64,000 bases of DNA from an uncultured Gammaproteobacteria bacterium (lineage in GTDB: Bacteria > Pseudomonadota > Gammaproteobacteria > Arenicellales > Poriferihabitantaceae), in NCBI GenBank assembly GCA_964403545.1, contig CAYOGN010000022.1, positions 15,495 through 79,494 of the forward strand, read 5' to 3'. Both the position numbers and the translations under genes were made by a program. The notes beneath the pieces are model-generated. The model was not told the DNA's origin and searched no databases. It worked only from the letters and a program-made list of their open reading frames with translations. Shown piece by piece: positions 1 through 9,413 of this stretch. Position 1 is the first letter of the stretch; each line of letters begins with the position of its first letter.

Positions 1-1
1 G

Positions 2-511
2 TTCGATGAACCGTTTCTGAAAATCAGCCCGAATAACAAAATTCCCGCCATTGTTGATCAGGACAATGGCTTGAGCCTGATGGAATCGGGGGCAATATTG
101 ATGTACCTGGCTGACAAGACGGGACTCCTGATGGCGGAAAAAGACAAGTGGCAGATTCTTGAATGGTTGATGTTTCAGATGGGTGGGTTCGGCCCGATGT
201 TGGGTCAGGCACACCATTTTCTTCACTTTAATTCTGGAGTCAGCGAATACGCCGAAAAGCGTTACAAGGTAGAAACCCAGCGCTTGTATACGGTGTTGGA
301 TGATCACCTGGAAGATCGGGAATTTGTCGCTGGAGACTACTCTATTGCTGACATTTCATTGTGGCCATGGGCTTCCCGTTATGAATGGCAACAGGTGGAG
401 TTGGATGAGTTTGAAAACGTTGAACGATGGTATCGAAGTATCGCTGCACGGCCTGCGGTCCAGCGTGGGTATCACGTTCCGGGAAAGGTCAGTGAAATTC
501 CGATGCCGTAG
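2..511 (+). CDS. Glutathione S-transferase, YfcG-like (5' end lies outside window)
   Basis: The frame is open from base 2 (FDEPFLKISPNNKIPAIVDQDNG) into listed ORF 71..511. Motifs ISPNNKIPAI, ESGAILMYLA, GPMLGQAHHF and YKVETQRLY match E. coli YfcG-type GSTs as I remember them. Confidence 0.85.
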   Translation, partial: FDEPFLKISPNNKIPAIVDQDNGLSLMESGAILMYLADKTGLLMAEKDKWQILEWLMFQMGGFGPMLGQAHHFLHFNSGVSEYAEKRYKVETQRLYTVLDDHLEDREFVAGDYSIADISLWPWASRYEWQQVELDEFENVERWYRSIAARPAVQRGYHVPGKVSEIPMP

Positions 512-558
512 GTTATATTATCGCTGTTTGCATTGCAGTCGCAGTACAGGGTTGGTGA

Positions 559-1623
559 TCAGTGACCGGATTCATCGTGGGGTAACAGGTCAAAGCAACT
601 GATCTCGTTCAGAGATCCAAGGCGCATTAATGGCCCCCAGGTGCCGGTGCCACTGGAAACATAGAGGTGGGCATTATCCTGTCTATAGTGGCCGTTTATT
701 CTGGCAAATTGCTGGCGCACCACATAGTTAAATGGAAAAATCTGACCATTGTGCGTATGACCCGATAGCATCAAATCGATACCATGCTCTATTGCTGCTT
801 CCCAGCCTACCGGGCGGTGATATAGAAGGATAGTGAAACAGGTTCTGTCGACATCTACGAATGGCAGCTGCTCGGAGACATGGCCGTGATGATCTGCGTC
901 GTCGATCCCGATAAGCTGTAATTCGCGGTCGATTCGGCTGGCCTGGCGCAAAGGAATCACGCCCAGGGATTCCAGCATATCAATGGCCTTGGGCAGGTCG
1001 GCATAGCGCTCGTGATTGCCAACGGAAAAATAGGTTTGGGCCAGCAGACGCTCAAGGGGTCTTAGTGACTTGATTTCCACCGCACTTGAGTCGATCAGGT
1101 CGCCGGTAATAACGACGATATCCGGATTCAGATCATTGATACGGTTCACAATCCGGTTCATAAACCCACCTTGCCTTGACCCAATGTGGACATCACTAAT
1201 CTGCACTACACGATGTTTTTCGGTCAATTTGGGTGAGCGAATTTCCACCTTTTTCACCTTGAGGTAATGGGAGGCTACCAGAGCAAACAATATCAACAGT
1301 AAACCTGCTAGTACAATCCATTTGGCCGCCAGCGCATCATTAATATCGAAAGGTAACCGTAGAATCTCGTAACCCAGCACCAGAATGGCAAAGATAAAAC
1401 TCACCCCCATCCAATGAACAACAAAATAACGTACGAACACTTTTGGGCCGCCGAAGGAATACCACGTGCCCGCCATGCCGAGGAGCCAGAGTACTATACT
1501 GATGAGCCAGCCAATTGAAACCCCTGATTCGGACCATACACTGAGTCTACCCACTGGATAGGCAAAAACGAAGAAACTGATCAGGACAAACAGGGTCCTG
1601 AAAACTACAGGGGATCGCAACAT
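559..1623 (-). CDS. Membrane-anchored calcineurin-like metallophosphoesterase
   Basis: 354-aa ORF with a hydrophobic N-terminal third (several predicted helices), followed by metallophosphoesterase motifs DVHIG, GDLID, GNHE and GHTHNGQ. Confidence 0.8.
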   Translation of the reverse strand: MLRSPVVFRTLFVLISFFVFAYPVGRLSVWSESGVSIGWLISIVLWLLGMAGTWYSFGGPKVFVRYFVVHWMGVSFIFAILVLGYEILRLPFDINDALAAKWIVLAGLLLILFALVASHYLKVKKVEIRSPKLTEKHRVVQISDVHIGSRQGGFMNRIVNRINDLNPDIVVITGDLIDSSAVEIKSLRPLERLLAQTYFSVGNHERYADLPKAIDMLESLGVIPLRQASRIDRELQLIGIDDADHHGHVSEQLPFVDVDRTCFTILLYHRPVGWEAAIEHGIDLMLSGHTHNGQIFPFNYVVRQQFARINGHYRQDNAHLYVSSGTGTWGPLMRLGSLNEISCFDLLPHDESGH

Positions 1624-1812
1624 ATTCTAATTCTGCAAACTGGCTCTTCATAGACAGCAAGTTCTGCCAAACATTTCAATTCTCACCAGATTCAGGGGCG
1701 GCGAATAACTACGCAAAGAAATCTAGTTCAATACCCGGGCTGAAAAAATTTCAAAACCTTAAAAAATTTTAGCCACTATAATCCAGGTCACATTTAACCA
1801 CACTTGATCACA

Positions 1813-3249
1813 ATGAAACGGAAATCTCCGACTCGACTCCGAAAAACAAAAGTTATCGCCACCATTGGTCCGGCTAGCGATGACGTTAATACGCTAAAAC
1901 AAATGATTGTTGCCGGTATGAATGTAGCACGTTTGAACATGTCCCATGGAGACGTTGAATCCCATACCGCTACTTTGCAACGGATCAGGCAAGCGGCACA
2001 GGAAGTGAATGCTACAGTGGCAATTATGGTGGATAACCGTGGCAGAGAGATTCGAACCGGATCGCTGGCAGAGGGGTCGGTAACCCTGGCGAGGAGACAG
2101 CAATTCTCCCTTTATAGCGATAACCGGATTGGCGATCGACATGGGGTATCTTTAACCTTTTCCAGGCTCCATCTTCATGCCCGGCTCGGCGATCGTATTC
2201 TGGTTGACGATGGTCAGATCGAACTACGGGTTGAGAATATTCAGGACAATGCAGTGCAGTGTGTCGTCATTTGTGGCGGTATTCTGAAAAACAGTAAAGG
2301 GGTCAATTTCCCCGATAACAACAGCGCCCTGGATGATATTGATTACGATGATTCAGGGGAAATAGATTTTGCTGCCGCCCATGATGTCGAATATTTTGCC
2401 GCATCATTTATTCGAAGTGGTGAAGAAGTTGATCAACTGCGCGCGAAATTTCAAGCCAGAGATGTTGACATTGCTATTATTGCAAAAATCGAAAATCGGC
2501 AGGGGGTGCAAAATATTGAACAAATTGTCGACTCTGCCAATGGCGTCATGGTAGCACGCGGCGATCTTGGCGTGGAGCTTGAGATGGGGGAAGGGCCAAA
2601 AATCCAGAAACAAATTATCCGGTCCACGGTTTCCAGTGGTAAACCGGCAATCACTGCGACCCAGATGCTCGACTCCATGGAGCGCAATCCACGTCCTACC
2701 CGGGCCGAAGTCAATGACGTCGCCAATGCAATATTTGACGGCTCATCCGCAGTGATGCTTTCAGGTGAAACGGCGGCCGGTAGTCGTCCCGTGGAGTCTG
2801 TGGAGACCATGGCCCGATTGGCGCTTGAGGCGGAGTCAGGTCTCAGGGAGTACGGCCATTTACAGCAGATTGAAGCCAACCCCTCCAATGAGGTAACCGA
2901 AGCAGTTGCCCAGGCATCAATCACTATGGCTAACCATTTGGATGCAGCAGCGATTATCTCCTTGACGGAAACAGGATTCACCTCTCGCCTGATTTCCAAG
3001 TATCGACCAGAGAGCCCGATATTCGCCATCACAACCTCCCCAAAAGTGATGAAAATGCTTTCCATGAACTGGGGCGTGCTGGCCATGCTTTACCAGGGCG
3101 AGGGTGATGATGAGGATAAAATTGAATTTGCTATTGCCAATGCACGTTCACTCGGCTATGTGAACTCTGGAGACTTGTTGATTCTGACAGCGGGCCATAC
3201 CCGTCAGGCAGGTAGTACTGATGTTATTCGGGTTCTTGGAGTGGACTGA
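1813..3249 (+). CDS. pyk: Pyruvate kinase
   Basis: KTKVIATIGPAS, MNVARLNMSHGD, MVARGDLGVE and the C-terminal regulatory domain are present. The first ATG is at 1813; the listed ORF starts at an upstream TTG (1804). Confidence 0.95.
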   Translation: MKRKSPTRLRKTKVIATIGPASDDVNTLKQMIVAGMNVARLNMSHGDVESHTATLQRIRQAAQEVNATVAIMVDNRGREIRTGSLAEGSVTLARRQQFSLYSDNRIGDRHGVSLTFSRLHLHARLGDRILVDDGQIELRVENIQDNAVQCVVICGGILKNSKGVNFPDNNSALDDIDYDDSGEIDFAAAHDVEYFAASFIRSGEEVDQLRAKFQARDVDIAIIAKIENRQGVQNIEQIVDSANGVMVARGDLGVELEMGEGPKIQKQIIRSTVSSGKPAITATQMLDSMERNPRPTRAEVNDVANAIFDGSSAVMLSGETAAGSRPVESVETMARLALEAESGLREYGHLQQIEANPSNEVTEAVAQASITMANHLDAAAIISLTETGFTSRLISKYRPESPIFAITTSPKVMKMLSMNWGVLAMLYQGEGDDEDKIEFAIANARSLGYVNSGDLLILTAGHTRQAGSTDVIRVLGVD

Positions 3250-3256
3250 GAGTCCT

Positions 3257-3493
3257 CTTCGAAATCAGCAGTTTTCTGCTTGCCCGGGCGACTAGTGGTA
3301 CAACACACTACGATTGATGGCATCCAGTATGACGTGAGATATAACAACCACAAAGCCAAATATCAGAGCCTGCGGCCTTTGGTCTCGAAAACATATTGCC
3401 AGTAGCAGCGCACAAATCAGGGCAAAGCCAGGGGAGTGGGTAAAGCCCAGGTGAGCGTAAACCGAATACCAGGAAACCCTTATCCGGAGAAGG
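3257..3493 (-). pseudogene. Truncated, internally deleted copy of the ydjM-like hydrolase gene found intact at 9414..9944
   Basis: 3257..3298 aligns with 9426..9467, and 3316..3493 aligns with 9639..9816 (about 15 mismatches in 178 nt by eye). The equivalent of 9468..9638 and the first ~125 nt of the gene are missing, and there is no start codon. Confidence 0.7.
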
Positions 3494-3513
3494 TTTACAC
3501 TGCACTGATTGGT

Positions 3514-4269
3514 TCAGGTAGTCATATTTTTAATGGACTCGTTCTCTGTGAGAATTTCATCAATTCGAAAAAGACCCGCTGAATTGAAGTTTCGGGTGAT
3601 AAATCCCACCGCTTTTACGTCGCCGCGCCGTAGCGCACTCAAAGTTTTGTTGACGTCATCAGCGACAATGCTGCATTCGAGCGCCGTATCCATTTGTGGC
3701 AACAGATAAAACCATAATCGGGTCGTGCGATAGTACAGCTCATCGTAGATACGGCGCAGAACTTCGTTGCCAATAAGGCGACATTTGCATTCATGTAACT
3801 GGATATCGATTGAAGCAAATTCCTCCGCGGTCGGTTTTTTGCTGATCAAGCGGCATTCACGCTGCAGTTTCTCCAGTTTTAGAAACAGTTCCTCATCAGG
3901 CTGAATTGGACTCAAAGTGCCTGTTAGTTCTGCAAGGCTGATTCGCAATTGCATGGTCTTTCGTACGTGTTCAACATTGATCGGCGTAATCGTCGTCCCG
4001 ATACCGTGACGTGTTATTGCCAATCCTTCGTTCTCGAGTCTCTGTAGTACTGACCGGATTGGCGTACGACTGACGCCGAATTCACTCGCCAGGGCGTCGA
4101 TATCGAGGCGCACACCAGGTTGATACTGCAACAGGGTGATGCGTTCTCGCAGCTTGTTGTAGATGACATCGAAACGTTTTCGCCATGGACTCCCGTCGAT
4201 GGACATTGGTTCTTTTGACAGAAAGATATTATTACTCTGGGTTGCTTTAGTAGTTTTGGATTTCATCAC
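3514..4269 (-). CDS. GntR-family transcriptional regulator, FadR/FCD type
   Basis: The N-terminal winged HTH (LASEFGVSRTPIRSVLQRLENEGLAI) is followed by an all-helical C-terminal domain. The gene is divergent from the catabolic genes at 4915 onward. Confidence 0.85.
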   Translation of the reverse strand: MMKSKTTKATQSNNIFLSKEPMSIDGSPWRKRFDVIYNKLRERITLLQYQPGVRLDIDALASEFGVSRTPIRSVLQRLENEGLAITRHGIGTTITPINVEHVRKTMQLRISLAELTGTLSPIQPDEELFLKLEKLQRECRLISKKPTAEEFASIDIQLHECKCRLIGNEVLRRIYDELYYRTTRLWFYLLPQMDTALECSIVADDVNKTLSALRRGDVKAVGFITRNFNSAGLFRIDEILTENESIKNMTT

Positions 4270-4323
4270 GCCTTAGGTTACTGTTACTTTGCTCTTTTGA
4301 CAGGTATTCTGAAATTTCAAAAT

Positions 4324-4337
4324 AGATATGTATATCT
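4324..4337. promoter_or_regulatory. Palindrome AGATAT-GT-ATATCT, candidate operator near the GntR gene start
   Basis: 6-bp inverted arms read directly. It lies about 55 bp upstream of the GntR start at 4269 and is 12/14 identical to the site at 4687..4700. Confidence 0.3.
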
Positions 4338-4580
4338 TATGCACAATTCTAATAAAATTATCCATTCATTTGTAATATCGCACCTTCTGCACACAAACTG
4401 AAACGGGTAATTTGAAGCTAAAATGCACCCTGGTTCTATTCAACGCCAATCCTTCCAGCAGTGCGATTAAGATCCATTGTGTGCAGCTTGTCAGCTGACC
4501 AACAAGATCAAAATACTCCATATTTACCGTATAAACATGTTCTTGTCCAATGACAGGCTGGTGAAAATTTTTTCACATGT

Positions 4581-4598
4581 TGATACTTGAGTGTATCA
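4581..4598. promoter_or_regulatory. Inverted repeat TGATAC-N6-GTATCA
   Basis: Perfect 6-bp arms in the 645-bp divergent intergenic region. Its function is unknown. Confidence 0.2.
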
Positions 4599-4667
4599 GT
4601 GTGGTACTTCAAATCAAAATTTGACCAGCAGTAATTAGCGTTGTTCTGGGCAAATAGAAGATTTTTC

Positions 4668-4697
4668 TTGACATGACAATTTCCAATGATATATATA
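4668..4697 (+). promoter_or_regulatory. Candidate sigma70 promoter (TTGACA-N18-TATATA) for the catabolic operon
   Basis: TTGACA is at 4668..4673 and TATATA at 4692..4697. The -10 element is embedded in the perfect 12-bp palindrome GATATATATATC (4688..4699). Confidence 0.3.
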
Positions 4698-4914
4698 TCT
4701 AATATGAGTGAATCAAATTCTACTCAATAATTCCAAATATGATGGGAAAATTGCCAGAAAAAGGGACCTGAAAAAACTTTTTGAGAATCCTGAAAATGAA
4801 CGTACTAGGCAATGCTTGAGCGCTGTGCCAGATGTTGGTTAGGCAGCTAAACTTTTTATACCCGTCAAGTCGAGATAACCTTATCAATATCATTTATCGT
4901 GGAAGGCGGAAATT

Positions 4915-5904
4915 ATGAGTAAAAATCCAATAGCGTCAACAGTTGATTTTGACAAGAATGGTGTACAGCACGGGTTCCTCAAGCTTCCTCATTCACATGA
5001 TGCATCTGCCTGGGGATCCATGATGATTCCGATTACGGTTGCAAGGAATGGTGAGGGACCAACAATTCTGTTTACTGGAGCCAACCATGGAGATGAATAT
5101 GAGGGTCCTATTGCATTATACGATCTGGCCCATAAAATCAAAGCTGAGGATCTGTCGGGTCGGGTAATTATTGTACCAGGAATGAATTATCCAGCGTTCC
5201 GTAGCGGAAACCGGACATCTCCAATCGATAGTGGAAACATGAATCGTGTTTTTCCTGGTGATCCGGCAGGGACAATTACAGAAAAAATTGCTGATTATTT
5301 TCAGAATACACTTTTGCCTCTCGCTGATTACGTTGTGGACTTTCATTCCGGTGGAAAGACCCTCGAGTTTTTGCCTTTTTGTTGCGCTCATGTGCTTGAT
5401 GACAAAGATCAACAAGCCCGTTGCATTGCCGCCATGGAGGCCTTCAATGCGCCTCATTCAGTCATGTTGCTGGAGTTGGACGCAGCCAACATGTATGACA
5501 CGGCAGCAGAGAGTATGGGCAAAGTATTCATTGGGACCGAGTTGGCCGGTGGTGGCACGTCTACGGCTCATACCGTGGAGATCGCCAAAAAAGGCATAAG
5601 AAATATTCTGCGCCATGCTGGAATTACAGAGGGTGAACTGGAAGTGGATGAAACATTATGTCTGGATATGCCAGATCAGCGTTGTTTCATTTTTAGCGAG
5701 TCTGCGGGTTTGCTGGAACCTTGTGTTGATCTTGGTAGCTCAGTGAGAGCGGGTCAGCTTATAGCCCGAGTTCATACCATTGATCGTACAGGACTTCTAC
5801 CTATGGATTACCATTCAGAAATTGACGGCATCCTTACTGGTCGCCATTTCCCTGGCCTGATTGCCATCGGAGATTTCCTGAGTGTCGTCTCTGTTCCCAA
5901 GTGA
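4915..5904 (+). CDS. AstE/AspA-family zinc deacylase, DoeB/EutE-like (N-acetyl-diaminobutyrate deacetylase-like)
   Basis: 329 aa with the GANHGDEYEGPIAL zinc motif and FHSGG. A good SD (GGAAGGCGGA) sits 5-14 nt upstream of the ATG. It is linked to a DoeA-like hydrolase. Confidence 0.75.
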   Translation: MSKNPIASTVDFDKNGVQHGFLKLPHSHDASAWGSMMIPITVARNGEGPTILFTGANHGDEYEGPIALYDLAHKIKAEDLSGRVIIVPGMNYPAFRSGNRTSPIDSGNMNRVFPGDPAGTITEKIADYFQNTLLPLADYVVDFHSGGKTLEFLPFCCAHVLDDKDQQARCIAAMEAFNAPHSVMLLELDAANMYDTAAESMGKVFIGTELAGGGTSTAHTVEIAKKGIRNILRHAGITEGELEVDETLCLDMPDQRCFIFSESAGLLEPCVDLGSSVRAGQLIARVHTIDRTGLLPMDYHSEIDGILTGRHFPGLIAIGDFLSVVSVPK

Positions 5905-5928
5905 AATTTTTCCAGGTAGAACGCACCA

Positions 5929-6729
5929 ATGGATGATAGCAAAAATACTCCGCCTGAATTTGAACCTGTTAATGGTAGCCCTCGTTTTGATCGTGGACCC
6001 GGTAAATTTAGAATCGGCCTGGTTGCCTTGTCCAATGACTACGTCACTGAGCGCGATTTTATCAATATGCGTCCTTCTGACGATGTCATCGTATATACCA
6101 GTCGGGTACCCAATTCCCCCCGGTGTACTGTTGAAACTCTACAGGAGATGGCGCCTCATATCACAAAAGCGGCCTCACTCCTTTTGCCTGAAGGTCGTAT
6201 CGATGTGATTGCCTATAGCTGCACCTCGGGAACAGTTGTTATGGGATTTGAAAAGATCCAGTCACTCATACAAACTGCTCGACCCGGTATAGCATGTACG
6301 ACACCAATCACATCATCTCTGGAGGCACTTGATCGATTTAACGCTCAACGGATTGCGGTCCTGACGCCCTATGCTGATGATGTAAATATCAGTATTGCCA
6401 GGTATTTAAAGGCCAATGGTAAAACCATTGCAGCGTTTACCAGTTTTAAAATAGTGGATAACGAAAAAATGGCGAGGCTTTCGCCAGAAAGTATTTACTG
6501 TGCCGCCATTGAGGCCGACAGGGAAGACGCTGATGCGCTGTTTATTTCCTGCACCGCTATTCGTGCGGTTGACGTAGTTGAAAAAATTGAACAAAAACTC
6601 GGTAAACCTGTTGTGACTGCTGTTCAGGCAATGTTTTGGCAGTCACTAAGGCTTTCCGGGTTTAACGGAAAAGTATCCGGTTACGGTCAGTTGCTGAGAG
6701 GGGAATACACCGTATCAGACAGGCTTTGA
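5929..6729 (+). CDS. Asp/Glu/hydantoin-racemase superfamily protein (maleate isomerase / arylmalonate decarboxylase / EutA-like)
   Basis: 266 aa with two Cys-containing motifs, IAYSCTSGT and LFISCTAIR, which are typical of this fold. Confidence 0.7.
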   Translation: MDDSKNTPPEFEPVNGSPRFDRGPGKFRIGLVALSNDYVTERDFINMRPSDDVIVYTSRVPNSPRCTVETLQEMAPHITKAASLLLPEGRIDVIAYSCTSGTVVMGFEKIQSLIQTARPGIACTTPITSSLEALDRFNAQRIAVLTPYADDVNISIARYLKANGKTIAAFTSFKIVDNEKMARLSPESIYCAAIEADREDADALFISCTAIRAVDVVEKIEQKLGKPVVTAVQAMFWQSLRLSGFNGKVSGYGQLLRGEYTVSDRL

Positions 6730-7055
6730 GTAACAGTTTTTATAAACGAATTTGATGAACAGTGTTGATGAAAATTAATCCTTCATCGACCATATTGAAA
6801 CCTGTGCAGATGACAGGGCATTAACCCGTGGTCAGAAACCAGCGCATGCAATACGCTATGTCTACCGAATTACGCCAGACACAAGGTTCATCCATGTCCG
6901 CCAACCTTGTATGGGGTGAAGACAACTATGGCAATTTTCCCTTAGACATATCACCGGCTGGTGATTTGGACCAATCTGCTATTGATTCCCACAAGCGATC
7001 GATGAGACCCCATGCATCTGGGAATTACTCTACCGCTTAATGTGAAATTTTGACA

Positions 7056-8237
7056 ATGAACTATAGTAAACCTTTTAAGAAAACAGAGTACGAGCGACGC
7101 GTCGAAACTATCAAAAAGCGTATGGAGGCTGCCGGGTTTGATCTGCTAATTTGCCAGGATCCGGCAAACATGGGGTGGTTGACCGGCTTTGACGGATGGT
7201 CCTTCTATACACCCCAGGCTGTTCTCGTGCATTTGGAAGAAACGTCACCGATCTGGTTTGGCCGCGCCCAGGATGCCATTTCAGCACACATTACCACTGA
7301 CCTTCCCGAGTCAAACATTATCGCTTTCTCGGAGTCGCTGATACATCACTCGACCAAACACCCATTCGATGAGCTATGTGATTTGGTGATTACCCGTGGA
7401 TGGAGTAATGCACGAATTGGCGTCGAATTTGATGCGCACTACTATACCGCCCGGGCACATCACCATATTGTTAAAGGCTTACCGAATTCAACTATTTCCG
7501 ATAATCACGAGATCGTAAACTGGGCTCGTTTGGTGAAATCTGAAGCCGAACTGGTTTATATGCGTGAGGCAGGACAAATTGTCACCAAAACCATGAACAA
7601 GGCACTGGGAAGGATCAAACCGGGCATTCATCAATTTGAAGTGATTGCCGATATTTATCATGCGCAAATCATCGGCTTCGATGACAAATTCGGCGATTAT
7701 ACGAGCCTCTGTCCACTTATTCAGGTCGGTGAAGGGACTAGCACACCGCATTTAACCTGGACCGATGAACCGTTTCCGGACAGTGGATTGATTGTGATGG
7801 AAATAGGTTCTGCACGTCGGCACTATCAAGTTCCATTGACTCGTACAGCGCATATTGGTCCCCCCCCGAACGAAATTACACGACTTACCGAAGTTATTAT
7901 TGAAGGTGGTGATTTGGCGCTACAGTCAGCCAGGCCTGGGGTCACCTGTGAAGAGGTTGAAGCAATATGGCAACGGGTACTCAATGGTTATGGCTACAGT
8001 AAGGAAAGTCGTGTCGGATATTCTATTGGAATCAATTACCCTCCCGATTGGGGCGAACGTACTGTTAGTCTTCGTCCTGGCGACACAACCGAATTGCAGG
8101 CAGGAATGTGTTTTCATTTTCAATCTGGTGTCTGGCTTGAATCTTTTGGAGCCGCTGTGTCAGAACCCTTTGTAGTCACAGAAAATGGTGGTGAGCGTCT
8201 CAGTGCTGTATGTCGAGAATTGGTCGTTATCGATTGA
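7056..8237 (+). CDS. Creatinase-type M24 hydrolase, ectoine hydrolase DoeA/EutD-like
   Basis: MGWLTGFDGWSFY in the N-terminal creatinase-like domain and YPPDWGERTVSLRPGD in the pita-bread domain resemble DoeA as I remember it. The first ATG is at 7056 (the listed start at 7050 is TTG). Confidence 0.75.
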   Translation: MNYSKPFKKTEYERRVETIKKRMEAAGFDLLICQDPANMGWLTGFDGWSFYTPQAVLVHLEETSPIWFGRAQDAISAHITTDLPESNIIAFSESLIHHSTKHPFDELCDLVITRGWSNARIGVEFDAHYYTARAHHHIVKGLPNSTISDNHEIVNWARLVKSEAELVYMREAGQIVTKTMNKALGRIKPGIHQFEVIADIYHAQIIGFDDKFGDYTSLCPLIQVGEGTSTPHLTWTDEPFPDSGLIVMEIGSARRHYQVPLTRTAHIGPPPNEITRLTEVIIEGGDLALQSARPGVTCEEVEAIWQRVLNGYGYSKESRVGYSIGINYPPDWGERTVSLRPGDTTELQAGMCFHFQSGVWLESFGAAVSEPFVVTENGGERLSAVCRELVVID

Positions 8238-8274
8238 CTGGATCACAATAATTAATAATTCGCAGGCAACAAAT

Positions 8275-9324
8275 ATGTCAGAGTCACCGATAATAAATAG
8301 CTTTGCTTCAGATAATGTTTCGACTGCATGTCCCGAAGTAATGGACGCCATAATTGCAGCAAACACCGGTATTGCCGACTCCTATGGTTATGACAAATAT
8401 TCTGTCAATCTGGAAACAAGGTTTTCTGATTTATTTGAAACTGACGTTAAAATATTTCCGGTTTTGAGTGGCACGGCAGCCAATGCATTAGCTCTATCAG
8501 CATTGACTCCGTCTTTCGGAAAGGTATTCTGCCACGAATTATCACATATCAATACTGATGAATGTGCTGCCCCCGAGTTTTTTACTGGTGGCGCGAAACT
8601 TATTCCCATTTCCAGTGATAATGGAAAAATTAGTGCCAAAAGCCTTGTCTCTTTTGCCCGTGGAACCGGCAATGTACATTCTGCGCAACCCTCTACTGTC
8701 AGTATTGCTCAATCATGTGAAGTGGGCGCGGTGTATCAACTCAATGAGATTTCAGCAATTTCCGAAGCGGCTCATGGTCATGGACTCAATGTACATATGG
8801 ATGGCGCGCGTTTCGCAAATGCAATCGTTACGTTAGACGTGAGTCCGGCAGAGATGACGTGGAAATCAGGAGTCGATGTCCTGTCGTTTGGGGGAACAAA
8901 AAACGGTTGTCTTGCTGCGGAAGCTGTCATATTTTTCAATCCGGACCTCGCCAAATCATTTCCTTATCTACACAAAAGATCGGGACAGTTGCTGTCCAAA
9001 ATGAGGTTTGTATCCTCACAACTTATTGCCTATATTACGGACAACATTTGGCTGCGGAATGCCCGGAATGCTAACACGATGGCCACTCGTCTGAGCGAAG
9101 GCCTGGCTGTTATTCCAGGGTTTGAGTTAGCGTTTCCGACGCAATCAAATGAGATTTTTGTACACATTCCTCGCCCGGTAATTGACCATCTCAATGCGGC
9201 AGGTATACCCGTGACCGAGGGAGAACTGGACGGATTAGCCCCACCTCGATTTGTCACAGCCTGGAATACTCGAAAGACTGAAGTTGACCAACTATTGACA
9301 GCTGTCGGTGAGGCAATGTTATAA
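8275..9324 (+). CDS. PLP-dependent low-specificity threonine aldolase / beta-eliminating lyase family
   Basis: FASDN near the N-terminus, LSGTAANALAL, HMDGARFANA and SFGGTKNG (PLP lysine). The ATG at 8275 is in frame with listed ORF 8185..9324. Confidence 0.8.
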   Translation: MSESPIINSFASDNVSTACPEVMDAIIAANTGIADSYGYDKYSVNLETRFSDLFETDVKIFPVLSGTAANALALSALTPSFGKVFCHELSHINTDECAAPEFFTGGAKLIPISSDNGKISAKSLVSFARGTGNVHSAQPSTVSIAQSCEVGAVYQLNEISAISEAAHGHGLNVHMDGARFANAIVTLDVSPAEMTWKSGVDVLSFGGTKNGCLAAEAVIFFNPDLAKSFPYLHKRSGQLLSKMRFVSSQLIAYITDNIWLRNARNANTMATRLSEGLAVIPGFELAFPTQSNEIFVHIPRPVIDHLNAAGIPVTEGELDGLAPPRFVTAWNTRKTEVDQLLTAVGEAML

Positions 9325-9413
9325 GGTCTGCTGGCAATGTTATCCCAACGGATGATCATTCACGGTCAGATTTATATATTCACCACCAGCATGAATTCGT
9401 AGGTGGCCTGTTG

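Noticed and set aside
2451-3086. 211-aa minus-strand ORF inside pyruvate kinase.
   Set aside because: It is fully antisense to a confidently identified gene, has an Ala/Ser/Arg-rich low-complexity translation, and has no motifs.
3308-3505. 65-aa ORF whose translation resembles the 71-aa ORF at 9646..9861, which looks like a conserved small protein family.
   Set aside because: Both are out-of-frame translations of the duplicated ydjM-like DNA. The similarity is at the nucleotide level and the real frame is that of 9414..9944.
6828-7040. 70-aa GTG-start ORF in the spacer between the racemase-like and M24 genes.
   Set aside because: It has no SD, no motif and a non-ATG start. It is kept only as part of the unexplained-spacer finding.
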